A DNA stretch of 64,000 nucleotides from Eledone cirrhosa (lineage: Eukaryota). Made by a program: the position numbers and the translations under genes. Every line of letters starts with the position of its first letter. Positions within the stretch are counted from its first letter, which is position 1. The notes beneath the pieces were generated by a model. That model worked only from the letters and a program-made list of their open reading frames with translations. It had not been told where the DNA came from and ran no database searches. The stretch is from the NCBI GenBank assembly GCA_964016885.1, contig OZ024743.1, positions 267,158,001 through 267,222,000 on the forward strand, given 5' to 3'. Positions 13,119 through 26,502 of the stretch are shown here, one piece after another.

Positions 13119-15224
13119 TTACCGTACTTTTCGTAGAGGAGGGATGGTTTTTACATCCCTTTTCAGTTGATCGTCTGGTGAAGGGACCGTTGAATCATCC
13201 CTTCGGCTGGTCGTCGGCTCTTCTCTGAGAATGTCTGAATATACTCTTCGACTGATAGTTCCTCCTAGGTCCCTGAAATCACCAACTGCGTTGGGGTATT
13301 TCGTTATAATGTTTGTGTATTGTTTCTGTGCTATTTTTAGAAGTCTTATGTTAGTTGGCGTTTTGATTGGAGCTGGTATTATGTAGTCGTGTTGTAAAAT
13401 GTCTGTGTGTTCAATTATGTAAGTCATTAGTTTCTTGTTGTGTGTATTTATTGCCGTGCATTTGTTTTTCTGGGGGTGGGTTGTGCTTCTGCTATTTTCT
13501 TGTCGTTGTTGCTGGGTGTGTGTGTTTTGTTGTTGTGTTTGCGATGTTGGTGCTTGTGGTAGTGGTGTTGAAGGTGTTGTTGGCGGTGGGGTTGTTGCCG
13601 GTGGTGATGGTGGTGCTAGTGTGGGTGGTGATGGTGTTGGTGTTGTTGCTGCTGTGGATCTCTTTGCAGTAGACTTTACCCTTTTCTCATTTCTTTCCTC
13701 CCTTTTCAAAGGCGACGATGCGCTGCTTCTGCGTTTGTGCCTTCTTACGACCTTTTGCCATCCCTCTCCCACCTTACACTCCATGTCTGATTCTGTGAGG
13801 TCGGGGAGGGGTACCAGCTCCACTCTTTCACTTGTTGTTGTTGGTGATGTTTGCACTGGAGTCTCTGTTGCAGCTGCATTTGGTATTGCTGTTGTTGTTG
13901 TTAATATTTCCACTGCTGCTGCTGTTTTTGATTTCCGTGGCGTGGGTATGGGTGCCACGGACCTATCGTTCCTGGTTGCCGCTTGTCCTTTTGCTGGTAG
14001 CCGTGGAGCCGGTTTCGGAAGGAGGGGGGTTTTCTCCTTTCTCAGGGTCTCTCGTTGCAGAAGGCCCTGAGGTGAGTCTTCGATCCACAGCGAAAGCATT
14101 TCGGGCGTTTTCCTCAACACTTATTGGCAGTTGAGTGCCGTTATCGAAGTCTATCACATCCGGGATAACTTCGATGCACTCCTGGTTGGTTTGGATTAGC
14201 ATCTCAATGGAGGTGCCGACCCAATCTTCTCTTACTTTTTTCTGTACTTGCAGTACAGTTGTTTTGTCCCCGATTCCGTCGAGGACAGACGCGGCCAGCC
14301 AAGAAGGGGCCATCCCGGGGGGGGAGGGACGTGGGTCAGTTTGACCCTCACAATTTTTTGCCCGCAGTAGGAGGGCACCAACACCATTTCCTCGCTCCTT
14401 AGGGTCACTACGGATTGGGCCTTTGCCTCCTGGGGTGTGGCAAAAAGTACGTCTACGGTGGCATATTTTTTGCCTCGGGTGATGTTCGTTTTCCGCTGCC
14501 ACACAGACCCCAAGGCTTTTTGAATTTGAGCCTCTGTGGCTCTTTCCACCCTACGGGATTTTGTACTTACTGTACGGTACGTGACCGTACAGTGCTGTTG
14601 GGTTTCGAAAAATTTTTCCGCTGCCTTGCAGATTGCTCGGTGTCCAGTCTTTGTCACCATCTTCTTCGCTTCCTCTAATTCCTCATTTGTTATGAGGATT
14701 GTTTCCAAGTTTTTCGCAATACCTGCAAATGAGATTGGTTTTTCTTTGCTGCTGTTGTTGTTGTTGTCGTCAGAGCTGTTGTTACTTTTGTTGTTGCTGC
14801 AGATACTACGATTACTGCTTCCGCCGCTGTTGCTGTGGTTGTTGTTGGTGTTGCTGCTGCTAATGCTGTTGTTGTTTATGCTGCTGGTGATGCTGTTGCG
14901 GCTGCTACTGTTGTTTTCATTGTCACTGTTGCTGTTGTTATTACGGTTGCTACTGCTATTATTCCTGACGTCAGACGAATGAACTGGGTTTTCGTATTTC
15001 CAGCACACCTGTTTCGTCGCTGTCGTCGTCGTCGTGGAGAAACCTTGCACGCTTTGCACGAGACTTTTCTTTTCTTTCGTCGCTTGCGAAAGAGAAGGGA
15101 GGGAGAGAGACACATTTAAAGAAGGGAGGGAGAGAGACAATCTTCTCTCTGCTGTAGTGATGATTGAGGAAGAAGAAGACGGAATGAGTGGGAGTGACCT
15201 ATGAAAATTATTTTTCGTAGCCAT
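13119..15224 (-). pseudogene. LINE ORF1 (N/S-rich N-terminus, CCHC knuckle, P/T-rich tail), frameshifted
   Basis: Pieces 14232-15224, 13963-14502 and 13119-14120. GKRPKCFRCGSKTHLRAFC reads at ~14055-14112. Ends 35 bp before the ORF2 ATG. Confidence 0.8.
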
Positions 15225-15442
15225 GTTGTTTTTTTTTGTTTAAAATAAATATTGGGCACAAAACCCCAATAAGCAGTTATTTAACCCCGAAGGGCCAAAT
15301 AACGGGCAGAAAGACCCCTCTCACGAGGAGGAGGGTGTTTTTGTCTACAAGTTCTTTAAAGTTTTAAACAATTTACAATTGTTATAGTGTTCAAAATTTA
15401 CAATACCTTACAGAGCCGAGCCTCCGTCAACCATAGCATTCA

Positions 15443-18400
15443 ATAATAATAATAATAATAATAATAATGCTTTCTTTATTTACCACAAGGGTTTACAAAA
15501 AGTAGACATTAAGGACAGTACAGGACAATACAGGACGGTACAAAAGGGCATTTCTGCGTGTAAAAAAACCCCCAAAACACAGGATATAATAGTAGAACAT
15601 TGAAAAAATTCCCCAATAGGGGAGAGATTTCCGAGGGACATTCGTGGAGAAAGCCCATTAAAAAGACACAGTGACCCTGACCACCAGGTCAAGAGCCCTC
15701 TCCCAGTTTTCCATCTTTAATTTACAGACACATACTCAGAGTAATTCACTCGGGCCATACTTGCTTCTCTCACGCATCTTTCAACAAAATGCTGGGGAGA
15801 GAGCACTTCCCTCTCTACCCTGATTTTCCTTTTCAAATGAAATATGAAAAAGTTAATCAGGGCAACACCGAAGAGGTAAGTACTCGTCTTCAGCCCTTTC
15901 AAACGTGTCCACCATACTATCTCTTTCGCCATGGCCACCAGACAGATAAAAACTGCCTGCCCTTCCAGGCTAAAGGAAGGGGGTGGCGCAATCCTCACGA
16001 TGGACTCAGCTGATAGCTGGGTCCGCCCTACACGCGGCAGCAGGTGTTCGACATAAACCTACAAGTCAGCAATTCTCGGACACTGGACGAGTGCGTGCAG
16101 GACGGTTTTGTCGCCCTGCGCGCATCTCGGACATGCCCGGCTGACGGCACCTCCATGCCTGTAGAGTTTCTCCCGAACTGGCAATGCTCCTCGGTAGCAC
16201 TTCCAGGCCAGGGATTTCTGGAAGTTGTCCATAGGCCCCGGCCCGAAAGTTCTTCCGAAGAGATTGGCTATTTGATTTTCGTCGACGCCTAGAGTTTCGC
16301 CAAGTACGTCGGCGCTCTTCCCCTCCACTAATCATCTATAGAACGCCAAGATGGAGTTTCCACCGATCACATTGCCCGATTGGTCGAGGGCTGTGAGCGC
16401 CTGAAGACATTCCAGTCTCCAAGCGCTCCCTCTCGACCTTCGCTTGACCCAGGCCTACAGCTCCGTCAAGGAGACGAGCTGGGGAAAGACGCGTCTAGCA
16501 AATGGCGACCACACCTGAGCACCGTCGAGGAAAGCCAGCTGCTTTGAGGACAAACTCCAGATACCGATGGTCGACGCTATCGAATGCTTTCGATTGATCT
16601 AAATTGATCAGTGCCTCACCGAAGCCAGGTTTACACCCTACCCTCTCTATGATGTATCGCATGTGGTGGAGATTGTCGTGTATGGACCTGGCTGGGATTG
16701 CGCAAGTTTGCGCCTCCACAACTAAATCCTCGACGTCAAGCGCCAATCTCTTTACTAACACCTTGGCCAAAATCTTAAACTCTGTGTTGAGCAGAGTTAT
16801 GGGCCTGAAGTTGTCTAATTTATCCCTCTTGTTCTCGTTTTTCAATATCAGCGTCATCACTCTCCTGCTCACAGAACTGGGAATACTCCCAGTTGCTGCC
16901 AGTTGCAATAAAGTACTTCGAGGAGTTCGGAGAACATGTCTGGCATATTTACGTAGAGCTCATAGGGCAGGCCATCCAAACCGGGTGACTTGCGCCTTAT
17001 GCAGCAAACAAGGGTGTCCTGAATTTCGGCTGAAGTAATCGGCCTTTCGCAGCGCTCAGCGTCGACCGTCGAGATGCGCGGCAAGCCGTCATGGCAGGGA
17101 CTGAAATCCGCTACTCTCTCTGACTCGCCACTCTCCCCGAACAACTGAGCAAAGTGCTGGCGAAAGGTCTTACACATCCGCTTGGAATCGCTTATCTCGT
17201 GTCCGTCTCCATCCGCCAAAGAACGAATTGTGGTTTTATTAACACGCTGCGCCTCCGCCACGCGGGCCCATCGCACAGCTTTGGTTCCCTCGTTTCTCAG
17301 CGCACGCGCCATAGCTCTGACAATGCAACCTTAGTGTTTCGCATTGAAGAAATGGTCTAATGCCATCCTCACCGCTAGCACGTCAGTTGCAATGCCACTA
17401 CAAATAGCGTCGTCTAACTTATCTACCAGCTCTCAATCCTTTCTATTTTTCTCTAACGCTAGTTCTTTGCTGAACTCTATCGAAGTTACTCTAATCTCTC
17501 TTTTGAGAGCCCCCCAAACATCTGTTGTTGATGATACCCGCTGTCAACTTTTGCTTAACTAAATTGTTGACTCTGTCCCTGTAAGCCTTACGTGCCGGAA
17601 ATGACATGTTCAGCTTCCAGAAACCCGGTCCTAACCTACGCGTTTTATCTAGGTCGACCGTACAGATCACAAATGTGTGATCTGAATAGGCGATCATTTT
17701 AAAAAGTGGGCAGCCCACACTATTTCTATCTATTTTCCTAATGAAGATCCTGTCTATATACGATCTAGATGACCCCATTCGGTTGGTCCATGTCCACATT
17801 GGTACTTTGGGTAAATCTAGTCGATACCTGTCAGACAGTTGGAACTTGTTGAGTAGGTGCTTGAGGGTTTTTCACCCCCCGCTCCTATCGGCTACTCCCA
17901 CACAATCCCAGCGTGCGTCTAAGATGCCATTCCAGTCCCCCGCTAACAGTAAAGGGCGAGACGCACCCAGAAAGGTCTCCAGGCGCCTAAAGAAGTCCAG
18001 TCGTCAAGCCCCTGTAGGGGTGTAGACGGCCAGCAGTCTAAAGACACCACCGTCGCTACTGCTCACATCCAAGACCACCAACTTACCGTCCGGATCCCGG
18101 AAGATCGACCATACCTCGAGATCCAGTCCTTTCCGAAACAGCACTGCCACCCCACCCCCTATTCCAGCTCTGCTAACAGATGCGAAGATCTGATAGTCGT
18201 CGTAAATGGGGGCTAGTGGGCGCGTCTCGGAAATTCTGGTCTCGCTGACGGCAATCACATCCATTTTCAGCGACCTGAGGTCTTTGAGCAGGCGACCCTG
18301 CTTCCAGGGTGACCCCAGGCCGCGAACATTTAAACTTCCTACAATTAATATGGCCATATTGGTAAGCTAAGAGAGAGAGGGGGGTTTACTTACCTCCCGG

Positions 18401-19418
18401 GGGTCTTGTGAAGGTCGGATGGTTCGACCTCCATGGTTGGTGGGGTTTCTTTTGGGAACCCCTTTAACATTCTTAATGTGGGTTTCACATTCGGGGTTCC
18501 CACGTCTTAAGGAAAGCTCTCTCGAATTTCTTTGAAGGAATTGAGTGACATTCGGACCAGAACCAAATCTTCTGGCTCGAAAAATGTGCTCATTTCAAAA
18601 ATCTCCCCTCTGTTTGAATGTCCTCGCTTCGTGCTAAAAGGGCCATCAGTTTATCGTTGGCCCTTCTGACAAGCACGAAGTTTTTAACATTTGTTTGGTG
18701 TGGTTTTATTTGTTTTCGTTTTGGTGACTGTGGTGGTGATGGTTTTGGTGGTGTTTTTTCGGGTATGTCTGTGTTTGTTGTAGGTGTGGTTTCTGCAATT
18801 TCAGGTATTTGTGTGTTTATTTGTACTTGTATTTGTTTAGGTTGTTTGCGTTTCGGGGATTGTGGAGGTGGTGTCGATGTTGCTGTTGGTGATGATGTTA
18901 TTGGGGAAGTGTTTGCGTTAGTGGTGTCTGTATGTTTTGTTGTGTATGTTTTTGTGTTTTGTTGGGGCTATTTTTTTTGGTGAGTTTTCTGTTTTTTCGC
19001 ACTTTTGGGTATTCCTTCATCTTCGCTGCTGGAAGACAAAGGGTCTGTGGCTGTGAGTGTCTCTGTATCTGTGCGTGCGTTTATTGTTTTGTCTATGTGT
19101 ATAATTGTGGTGGTGGGGGGGGGGGTAGGTGGAGTGGGAGAGCTTTCCTCGTTTTGCCCTTGGATTGGTTTTGGTGTTGGTGGTGACCCTGCTGTTTTTG
19201 ATGTTGGTGTCCGTGTTTTTGTTGGTGTTGTTTTTGGTAGTGGTGGTGGTGCAGCTTTCCGTGCTGACACTGACGTTGGCATCAAAGGAGGTTTGCGACC
19301 CCCTGCATTTTAGCGCTGAGGGCAGGGGGCTTGCAGAATCGTTGCTTACCCGCAGACGAAGCAGCGTGGCCTACTTCCGTCAATGATTAGTTGGATTGTT
19401 GTCCCGTCCTGCAGGCGG
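15443..19418 (-). mobile_element. Tx1/L1-clade LINE copy 2: 5'-truncated, internally deleted, chimeric
   Basis: AATAAA plus (ATT)n tail at 15443-15480. ORF2 start at 18357 (GSLNVRGL). Knuckle remnant RPRCFVCG at ~19345-19372. RT motifs LDQSKAFD are joined directly to the C-terminal region at ~16530. Confidence 0.85.
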
Positions 19419-20048
19419 AATAATAATAATAATAATAATAATTGTTTCTACTTTTGGCACAAGGCCAGCAATTATCCAGTATATTACTGGTACTTTATTT
19501 TATCGACCCCACAAGAATGAAAGGCAAAGTTAAACCCGGCGGGATTTGAACTCAGGCCTTAAAGGGCCGTAACTCTTTGCTACAAAGCATGGCGTCCGCT
19601 CCTCTACCGATACTGCCAATCCAATAATGATTTATAATATAGGCACAAGCCCAGTAATTTGGGGGGGGAGACGTGGAAATGTGATTGAATCGACACCAGT
19701 ACGTTACTGGTGCTTTATTTTATCGACCCCATAAGGATGAAAGGCAAAGTTAACCTCCGCGGGATGTGAAATCAGAGGGTAAAGTCCGTAACGCTATGTC
19801 AAAAAGCATGGCATCCGGCCCTCTACCGATATTGCCAATCCACTAATAATAGTAATAAATGTTTCTACTTTTGGCACAAGGCCAGCTATTACCCCAGTGT
19901 ATTACTGGAACTTTATTTTATCGACCCCTTAAGGATGAAAGTCCAAGTTAACCTCGGCGGGATTTGAACTCAGAATGGCAAGGGCCGTAACTCTATGCGT
20001 CAAAGCATGGCATCAGACCCTCTACCGATACTGCCAATCCACCGCCCT
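19419..20048 (-). mobile_element. Three head-to-tail tRNA-derived SINE copies
   Basis: Units ~19419-19623, ~19635-19845 and ~19846-20048. A-box TGGCAGTATCGG, B-box GAGTTCAAATCC, body GCCTTTCATCCT...GGGTCGATAAAATAAAGTACCAG, ATT tails. Same family as 62821-63010. Confidence 0.85.
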
Positions 20049-20052
20049 GTGG

Positions 20053-22250
20053 ATAATAGTAATAATGCTTTCTTTATTAACCACAAGAGTTGACATAAAG
20101 TATAAAATTAAGAACAGCACAGTACAGGACGATACAAATGGGGATTTCTGCGTCTAAAGAAAAACCAATAATAAAGGAAATAACAAAGAAAAAGAAATAA
20201 AAGAAAATTTCCCAACGGGGGGGGGGGGCGGACTTCAGAGTGTCACTCGTGGAGAAAGCCCGTTTAAAAAGCCATGATAATTACAACAAAAGCATGTGCC
20301 CTCTCCCAGTTTTCCACTTCCAATCTACAGGCACATACTCAGAGCAGGCCCATTCACTCGGGCCATGCTTGCCTCTATCACCCATATTTCAACAAATTGC
20401 TGGGAAGAGATCATTTGCCTCTCCACTGAGATTTTCCTTTTCAAACGAAATATGAAAAAATTAATCAGGGCATCACCGAAGAGGTACGTGCTCGTCTTTA
20501 GCCCTTTCAAACGCGTCCACCTCACGACCTCTTTCGCCATGGCAACAGGCAGATAAAAGCTGCCTGCCCTTCTAGGCTAAAGGAAGGCCGTGCCGCAATC
20601 CTCACGATGGAATCAGCTGATAGCCAGATCCGTCCTACATGTGACAGCAGGTGTTCGGCATAAACCCACAAGTCATCAGTGGTCGGACACTGGACGGGTG
20701 TGTGCAGGACGGTTTCGCCACCCTGTGCGCATCGGATAGGCACGGTTGAGGACACTTCCAAACCTGTAGAGTTTGTCCCGAACTGGCAATTCTCCCCGGT
20801 AACACTGCCAGGCTAGGGATTTCTGGAAGTTATCCATGGGTCCCGACCGTAAAATTCTTCCGAAGAGATTGGCTAGTTGATTTTCGTCGACGCCCAGAGT
20901 TTCCCCAAGGGCGTCGTCGCTCTTTCGCTCCACTAATACTCTATATAACGCCAAGATGGAGTTTCGACCGATTACATCTCCCGATTGGTCGAGAGTTGTG
21001 AGCGCCTGAAGACATTCCAATCTCCAAATGTTCCCTCTCACTCTTCACTTGACTCAGGACTGCAGCTCCGTTAAGGAGACGAACTGGGGGAAAACGCCTC
21101 TTGCAAACGGTGACCACACCTGATCACCGTCGAGGAATAGTTGGCAATGCCGTAGCCTGGGAGCATGTCTGCGCATCATCACCCACGGCATGCCCAGCCT
21201 TCCACGTAGCGTGTGTTGACAGGAAATGCAACGCCTCACCCTTTGCGCGTCCCTTCCACAAAACGCGAAAGAGAAAACGCTCCAACGCAGTCAGCCGAGG
21301 GTTAGGAAATGTAAGACGGTCAGACGGTTCTAGATGACGGACGCGATGTACGCGTTTGCCACCTCCACACGACCTTTCAAGGATAGTTTCCTCTCGGGCC
21401 CATTTGTGGGTGAGAGAGGCTACTCTGCTCGTCATCTCCTCCCAGTTTTTGATCGTCTGGAAGTCCGGACCGAACAAGACTGTTAATGATTCAACCGGTC
21501 CGTCCATCCGGGACCTGACGACTCTGTTGGACGACATGGACCTGCCCCTCAAGGTGGAGAGCCAAAGACCCACCGACTTGTCCGGGTTAATCATTGCTCC
21601 TGTCACTGCCTCGTATTCTCTTAGTATAGTGCCGATCGCCTCGATGTGTTTGGCACTCGACGCCACTACGTTAACGTTGTCGGCATATGCTGACGGGGTT
21701 CACCGCATCCCAGTTCGCACAAGACGCCCCTCAAGGTCTTCAGTTTGTGAAGTAATGGCACAAGGGTCGGTCAATACGTACGACAGGAACGAATGTGTAC
21801 ATCATTTGTGGACCGAGCGTATGATGTTGAATGGTTCCGAAAGGTGACCGTTCACTCTCACCACAGAGCAGATGTCGCTGTGCATGACAGCGATCCAGCC
21901 TCCGAAGACGGGCCCAAAGCTGGCTGCCCTCAGGACCGCCGACAGATAACAATGGTCGACCCTATCGAAAGCTTTCGACTGATCAAAATTGATCAATGAT
22001 CCTCTGATGCCAAGTTCGTTAGCTACCCTCTCCACGATGTATCGCATGAAGTGGAGGTTGTCGTGGATCGAGCTCTGTGGAATGGCGCATATCCGTGCCT
22101 CTCCCACAAGACCACCGACGTCAAGTGCCAACCTCTTTCCTTGCACCTTGGCCAAAATCTTGAACTCTGCGTTAAGCAGAGTTATGGACCTGAAATGATC
22201 TGTGTCCCCCTCGTTGGGGTCCTTTCTAAGCAACGCTACGTCTCCTCGAC
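20053..22250 (-). mobile_element. Tx1/L1-clade LINE copy 3, 5'-truncated within RT, degenerate
   Basis: ALLRKDP, FRSITLLN, FDQSKAFDRVDH, SAYAD. 3'UTR and AATAAAGAAAGC(ATT) tail like copy 2. Confidence 0.85.
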
Positions 22251-22432
22251 TTAAAATGTAATGGGAATACGAAGAAAGCAAGAACGGGGGCGGGTTCCTC
22301 ATCAATTGTCTATTAAGGGTCTCGGATATCTCTCAATCAGGCGAGGGGGTGAAGGTGAGAGGGAGAAAGGGAGAGGGCGAAAGTGGAAAAAGAGTAGATA
22401 GGGAGAAAGGGAGAGGAACAAGGGTGAGAGTG

Positions 22433-22515
<83 letters not shown>

Positions 22516-22611
22516 TAAGGCTAAATAGTGAGTCGCGTTACTTTGGAGTTTCACATGTTTATCACAGGGTTATGAGACAAGAACATATATATATATGTAT
22601 ATATATATATA

Positions 22612-23230
22612 TTTCGTTTCTGAATTTGTTTAGCAAGATTCTTTATCTGATAACGTGTGTTGAAACCGATATTGTTATAATTTGGGAGGGTCATGTTGCC
22701 AATAAGAAACACACGCACCAGAGATTTCACTCCAATTTATTATAAATTTATTTATTTAATTAAATTTCCGGTTGGTAGGTTCCACAACCGGACGGTTGTT
22801 CATATATGGTCAAAGTTCTTTGGTCACACATTCGGTGACGTCTTCAGTGACTGGGGATTATTTTATTTGTTTTGTGCCTCTCATTTGTTCTGTCCTTCGC
22901 CATCTTGTTTTTGTGTGTGTTCTTTGCTTAGTTTGCGCACGTGTTACATCCGGGTGTATGTGTGTGTTTCTATTTTTGAACACTGTCGAGAGCTTCAAGA
23001 TAAAAAAGAATCATCAATACTCCACCAACATGCTAAAATAGAATATAAAGGCAAATTAGAGAACATAGAAATAAAAATAAAATCTACATACAGAAAAGAG
23101 GCAATGCTTAGACAAATCACAGAGGCAATAAACATAAATGAACTCCAACCAAAATTAAATAGAAAACATGAATGGAATAGCAACATCACAACTTACAATT
23201 AAGGACAAAATGAAAACACACACACACAGA
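22612..23230. mobile_element. PLE family B terminal fragment with 5' inversion
   Basis: 22612-22975 (minus) is 3'UTR, HHR-like motif and ORF start (ATGACCCTCCCAAAT). 22978-23202 (plus) is the GIY-YIG C-terminus RQITEAININELQPKLNRKHEW. Confidence 0.8.
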
Positions 23231-23242
23231 GACACACGACTC

Positions 23243-23303
<61 letters not shown>

Positions 23304-23314
23304 ACACACACACG

Positions 23315-23400
<86 letters not shown>

Positions 23401-23424
23401 GTAAATGTATTTATGTATATATAC

Positions 23425-23486
<62 letters not shown>

Positions 23487-23625
23487 TACAGTTTATATAG
23501 GAAAGGCTTCTACAGGATTAGAACCTTTTCATTCGCATGATATCCTTATATGCTTAAATATATACATATGCTTACATATATACATATGCTTACATATATT
23601 CATAACACACACACATACACACTTA

Positions 23626-24173
23626 TAGGGTGAGGCAGAAAGGTTGCCCCAATTTCAAAGGTTATTAAAAAACAAACACATGAGCATAAGAGAAAAAACT
23701 TTGTATTTATAATAAGTACATTATATGTCATTGTGGTTTAAGTGGCAGATACGTGTTTTCGTGCGGAACGTCTGCGAGACTGCTGTATTGAAGCTGCCAC
23801 AGCTGCTACATTTTCTCGCCCTGTAGCGGTTCTAGGACGTCCAGGACTTTTCTTTTCTAAAGCCGATGATGTGTGTCTAAAGTTAGAAGTCCACAGACGA
23901 ATTGTTTTACCATCCGGTACGGGATCATGACGACGAAGTGCAAAGTGACTTCGGAATGAACGCTGCGTCGTTACGACGGACTTACCGTTCTTAAGAAACT
24001 CTTCCACAACAAATGCACGATAATCTCCACTCCAAGCCATGGTGGGGTATTATCTCAAACAGAAAATTAATGGCATGTAATGTACTTATTATAAACACAA
24101 AGTTTTTTCTCTTATGATCATGTGTTTGTTTTTATTAACCTTTGCAATCGGGGCAACCTTTCTGCCCACCCTG
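23626..24173 (-). mobile_element. Internally deleted Tc1/mariner-superfamily element
   Basis: ~105-bp TIRs (YAGGGTG...GCAGAAAGGTTGCCCC) and TA flanks. Retains the transposase N-terminal HTH region 23738-24040 (MAWSG...TQRSFRSHF...GRPRT...RRSARK, DUF4817-like). No DDE/D domain. Confidence 0.85.
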
Positions 24174-24460
24174 TATATCCAACATCACATTTATCATTAA
24201 TGTACGATATATCTTAGTAATCGAGACCACTAAAGTGTTTAGATTAGTTAGGAATATGTTGCGAGCAACATTTTATTGAACTGGATTGTTTGGGCTACAT
24301 CGTTCACTTTTTGGAGAATTTGTCATAAGTTAAAAGGTGTTTATATACTTCTCTGATCTAGATATCTTTAGGTGCCACGTTCATTGCGATGACTCGTATA
24401 TTATTGAATTCTGTTGGTTATATACTCCTTTATTTTATTGTCGCGCTTCTTTTAGTTTTG

Positions 24461-24535
<75 letters not shown>

Positions 24536-25231
24536 ACTATACGAACATGCTAGACAACAACATGACGGTAACATAGACAACATAGAAATTAGAATAATAT
24601 CTAAATATAGAAATGATCCAGCAGATAGGCAAATCAGAGAGGCCAGTGAAATAGAAATTAGAAGACCAAGGCTAAACAGAAATAATGAATGGAATAACAA
24701 CAACACCCAAACAAACAACACTGACCTAAGAGAAGTATCAATAAGTAAATAAAATAAAATAAATAAATAAATAAATACATACACAAGCACAATAACAGCA
24801 AGCACATACACACACACTAGTCACCCATCACACAGCAAACAAAACGCTATACACACACGCAAACGCATGCGCAAAGAAGACAAAATAAAATAAACAAACA
24901 AGCAAATAAATAAATAAATAAATATATAGACAGACTGAATAAAAATGGCGTAGACATACACTACAACAGGAGGAAAATATAGCACCACTGACGATGTTGC
25001 AGATGTGCAACGAAAGATTTATGATAAACTATATATATGTGTTTGTGTCTATATTGTATCTGTATTATTTTTGACCGCCGGTCAGTCAATGGCAACATTG
25101 AGGACCGAGTATATTAGATTACCGATATAAGAGACACAGAAGTGAGAAGCGAAAATCAACCAAACAGTGAGTGTGTTCTGTTATTAATTCTGGCAATATT
25201 ACACAAATATGACCCTCCCCAAGTATAACTA
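24536..25231 (+). mobile_element. Solo pseudo-LTR of PLE family A (older copy) in (TA)n
   Basis: Homologous to 49790-50521: GIY-YIG C-terminus, 3'UTR, HHR motif at ~24984-25024, ending in ATGACCCTCCCCAAGTATAAC. Confidence 0.9.
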
Positions 25232-25233
25232 TA

Positions 25234-25274
<41 letters not shown>

Positions 25275-25309
25275 TTCTATATTTTTGAGACGAGGAATTA
25301 TTTACATTA

Positions 25310-26502
25310 TCCGTTAGACACGCAGTGACTAGCAACTGAATGTTTAAGGTCTGCGCGTCTGACATTTATTTGTAGCTTGTGAAAAAAATTTCAATGGGTT
25401 TCGCTGGCCCTGGTGATCCCTGCCAAACATGTTTTGTAATGTATCGTCTTATTGGCTAATTTCATCGTTTTATTGGCTAATCAACCAACGAGGGTAATTG
25501 TTGCTCAAAAGCATCCGCCATTTTGTTTGCATGTTTATTTATCGTTTCGCTTTCGAACCTTCCTCCTGTATTTCGTCTTTTATCATCAAAATATTTTTCT
25601 CGTTTTGGTAAGTTATATTGTTAATTTATTTATGATTTTTAAAATTTATATTAACTATTTTTTTTTAGTTCGTTATATCATGCTTATGATATTGGTTGTA
25701 TCATATTTACTTGTATATTTGTCCATATTATTGTTCATTTTATGTTAGATTATTTATTATTATTATGTTAGATTATTTTTGTTATTATTATGTTAGACTA
25801 TTTGTATGTAATATTTAATTTTTATTAATTCAACTATAACAATTATTATGTAAAATATATTTCTTTAATGTTGATTGTTTTTGTAGTTGTTTATATTAAA
25901 AGTCTGAAAATATTTTTATACATCTTACAATAATATTTATAAGATCATTTATAAAATAACAATTATATAATCTAATTACGTTACAACGATAATTTATTAT
26001 TAATATATGTCATGTTTAACTAGAGTTATTACAGGCGTTGTCTTAAAAAAATATTAAACTAGACCTGAAAAATTCACAAGCTCAAAAGAGCCACAGAATG
26101 TTATAATAAACCTTCAAAAGTGTGGGACTAGAGTTGTTGCTCAAAAATATTGTAATCATTATCTATCGTACACTCTGTGGCATCCTTTTATAAAAAAGAG
26201 ACTCATAACGAACTCAAGGCGACACGATAATTATTTAAGTGAATTTATTATATAGAATTCGGTTTAAGTGCATTTCGTATTAATCATTACTAAAAATCTA
26301 ATATGAGATATTGAACATTAGCTTAAATAATTATCGTGTCGTCTTGAGTTCGTTAAGAGTCTCGTTTTTATAAAAGGATGCCACAGAGTGTACGATAGAT
26401 AATGATTACAATATTTTTGAGCAACAACTCTAGTCCCACACTTTTGAAGGTTTATTATAACATGCTGTGGCTCTTTTGAGCTTGCGTATTTTTCAGGTCT
26501 AG
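25310..26502 (+). mobile_element. Helitron-like insertion with terminal ~180-bp inverted repeat
   Basis: Begins TC after A and ends CTAG before T. 26058-26239 is inverted at 26322-26503. Appears to interrupt the tail of the adjacent PLE (25273-25309 rejoining 26503 onward). Confidence 0.5.

Larger units (their letters stand above)
9536..15441 (-). mobile_element. Near-full-length Tx1/L1-clade LINE, copy 1 (5'UTR, ORF1, ORF2, partial 3'UTR)
   Basis: Two-ORF layout with APE, RT and a C-terminal Cys/His motif. The 3'UTR is homologous to copies 2 and 3 down to ~9536. Confidence 0.9.

Noticed and set aside
22693-23202. 169-aa ORF ending in a GIY-YIG C-terminus
   Set aside because: Created by an inversion joining antisense UTR to the ORF end. 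It is not a gene.
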